DNA of 64,000 nt, taken from assembly GCA_964576615.1 (NCBI GenBank), contig CAZNUU010000004.1, positions 4,663-68,662 on the forward strand. Reading direction: 5' to 3'. Source of the DNA: an uncultured Candidatus Saccharibacteria bacterium (GTDB taxonomy: Bacteria; Patescibacteriota; Minisyncoccia; Phycocordibacterales; DATDWN01). Made by a program: the position numbers and the translations under genes. Below the pieces are notes generated by a model. That model ran no database searches. It was not told where the DNA came from and was given only the letters and a program-made list of their open reading frames with translations. Positions 62,849 through 64,000 of this stretch are shown piece after piece (positions within the stretch are counted from its first letter, which is position 1; each line of letters opens with the position of its first letter).

Positions 62849-64000
62849 ATGAGAAAAATAAATGTAGTTATATTACTAAGTCTATTCTTGCCTATGACTG
62901 TGTTGGCGACAACTGATACTTTTACATCATCAGGTACTTGGGTTGCACCAGGCGGAGTGACATCAGTAGATATTGATGTTTGGGGTGCAGGAGGAGGGGG
63001 TGGTGGGTCCCGAGGAGGTGTTGCAGGATGCGAAGGTTCAGGTGGGGGTGGTGGAGCTTATTCAAAAAAATTATCAGCTTCCGTGATTCCAAGTAATAGT
63101 TACACTGTTACTGTAGGGGCTGGGGGTTCAGGAGGAAGTTACGGATTTGGAGGTACAGATGGAGTAGACGGAGGAGATTCATGGTTTGATGCTTCAACAA
63201 CTATTCTTGCAAAGGGTGGTTCAGGTGGGGGTTCTGGTTCTGGATGTAACCCAGGAGGAACTGGGGGGTCTTCAGTTTCTGGTATAGGAGATACAAAATA
63301 TTCTGGTGGAAATGGTGGAAATGGGCAAACATATGCTGGTAATAGTGCAGGAGGGGGAGGGGGTGCTGGAAATGCTAGTGATGGATCTAATGGAAATAAT
63401 GGAAATTTAGGTGGTGGAGGGGGTTCAGGGGGGAGTGCCTTAGGCGGTAATGGAGGAAATGGGGTAGTGTATTCTGGTGGAAATGACGGCTCAACTATTG
63501 GTGGCGGAGCATCTGGAGGAGCTGGTAATGCAGGGTATACAGGCGCAAGAGGAGAAATCAGAATCACTTACTTTCTTACCCCTGTCGTATCTTTTTCAGC
63601 TAACCCAACCTCGGTAGATTACAATGCTTCCACAACTTTAACCTGGAGTTCCACTGATTCAACATTATGTACAGCTTCAGGAGATTGGTCTGGGAATAAA
63701 CCAACTACAGGAAGTGAAGCACAGAATAATCTTATGTCTAACAAATTATACGTGCTTTCTTGTACTGGCCCTGCGGGGTCGGCAACAAGCACTATCAATG
63801 TGATTGTAGGTGCACCATCAATCCAGGGTTCGGGAGACATAAATAGACTTTCTAAATTTATAGCTACCTCAACACTTGGTGACTCTCTGTTATCAGATGA
63901 CGGGTTTAATACGACTTTAGTTTCTGGTAATTTATTTATGCCTATTAACTCAATAATTGACTCCATAAATTCTGGAGGAATTAATTTCGGTATATCGACA
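62849..64000 (+). CDS. Glycine-rich-domain secreted protein. It is partial and runs off the window end.
   Basis: The signal peptide is MRKINVVILLSLFLPMTVLA. It is followed by FTSSGTWVAPGGVTSVDIDVWGAGGGGGG, the hallmark start of glycine-rich-domain proteins. The minus-strand ORFs at 63139-63567 and 63619-63966 are mirror artefacts. Confidence 0.6.
   Translation, partial: MRKINVVILLSLFLPMTVLATTDTFTSSGTWVAPGGVTSVDIDVWGAGGGGGGSRGGVAGCEGSGGGGGAYSKKLSASVIPSNSYTVTVGAGGSGGSYGFGGTDGVDGGDSWFDASTTILAKGGSGGGSGSGCNPGGTGGSSVSGIGDTKYSGGNGGNGQTYAGNSAGGGGGAGNASDGSNGNNGNLGGGGGSGGSALGGNGGNGVVYSGGNDGSTIGGGASGGAGNAGYTGARGEIRITYFLTPVVSFSANPTSVDYNASTTLTWSSTDSTLCTASGDWSGNKPTTGSEAQNNLMSNKLYVLSCTGPAGSATSTINVIVGAPSIQGSGDINRLSKFIATSTLGDSLLSDDGFNTTLVSGNLFMPINSIIDSINSGGINFGIST

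Noticed and set aside
62940-63500. Repetitive ggtggagggggt-type runs that might suggest a CRISPR array or simple repeat.
   Set aside because: They are in-frame Gly codon runs of the glycine-rich-domain protein. They have no spacer and repeat periodicity.
63139-63966. The proline-rich minus-strand ORF (63139-63567) and the ORF at 63619-63966.
   Set aside because: They are the reverse complement of the glycine-rich plus-strand CDS that starts at 62849. Pro codons are the complement of Gly codons.
1-64000. The possibility that the GC-rich segments are assembly chimeras or contamination.
   Set aside because: The junctions are seamless and sit at native intergenic sites. The cassettes use the same promoter and SD style as the host genes. 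Several are translationally coupled internally. An unrelated repeat family and shared hairpins tie them to this genome. Read-level checks are still advisable.

Overview
This window is an AT-rich (by eye roughly 35-40% GC) segment of a small-genome bacterium, most consistent with the Candidate Phyla Radiation (Parcubacteria-like). It carries tightly packed, often translationally coupled housekeeping genes: tsaE, polA, a holA-like gene, mutM, ruvA, rpsT, a pilMNO cluster, uppS, rplS, secE-nusG-rplK, argS, ileS, recO, glyQS, metG, tatD, rpsF-ssb-rpsR, efp, recA and ftsK. There are seven tRNAs, two very large repetitive surface proteins and the start of a glycine-rich-domain protein. I saw no rRNA, CRISPR array or recognisable transposase or integrase.

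Four things stand out from this ordinary background.

1. A four-copy intergenic element. A conserved ~56-nt two-hairpin core sits at the apex of a long inverted repeat, and that repeat is different at every locus. The copies lie after polA, after mutM, after yjbQ and before recA. Two of them end exactly at the start codon of the downstream gene.

2. A dispersed family of small GC-rich cassettes (by eye ~50-60% GC). Each has a near-consensus TTGACA-N16/17-TAnnnT promoter, a GGAGG ribosome-binding site, one or two small ORFs and a GC-rich hairpin terminator. Some terminator stems recur between loci. The largest instance is a GC-rich island between rplK and argS that encodes a nucleotidyltransferase, a deaminase-domain fusion protein, a HIT protein, ThyA and DHFR.

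3. A duplicated structured leader, which may also encode a small upstream ORF. One copy sits directly upstream of rplK and the other directly upstream of ssb. The two copies show covarying stem arms.

4. Nearly identical GC-rich ~100-nt tails downstream of tRNA-Lys and tRNA-Arg.

Other observations worth a second look:
- a candidate T-box leader upstream of ileS;
- an IleRS carrying a complete inserted histidine-phosphatase (PGAM-like) domain;
- a perfect 26-bp palindrome covering a predicted start codon;
- a tail-fibre-like giant protein with a C-terminal S74-type chaperone module and very recent internal duplications.

All calls come from reading the sequence and motif memory only. No searches were run.
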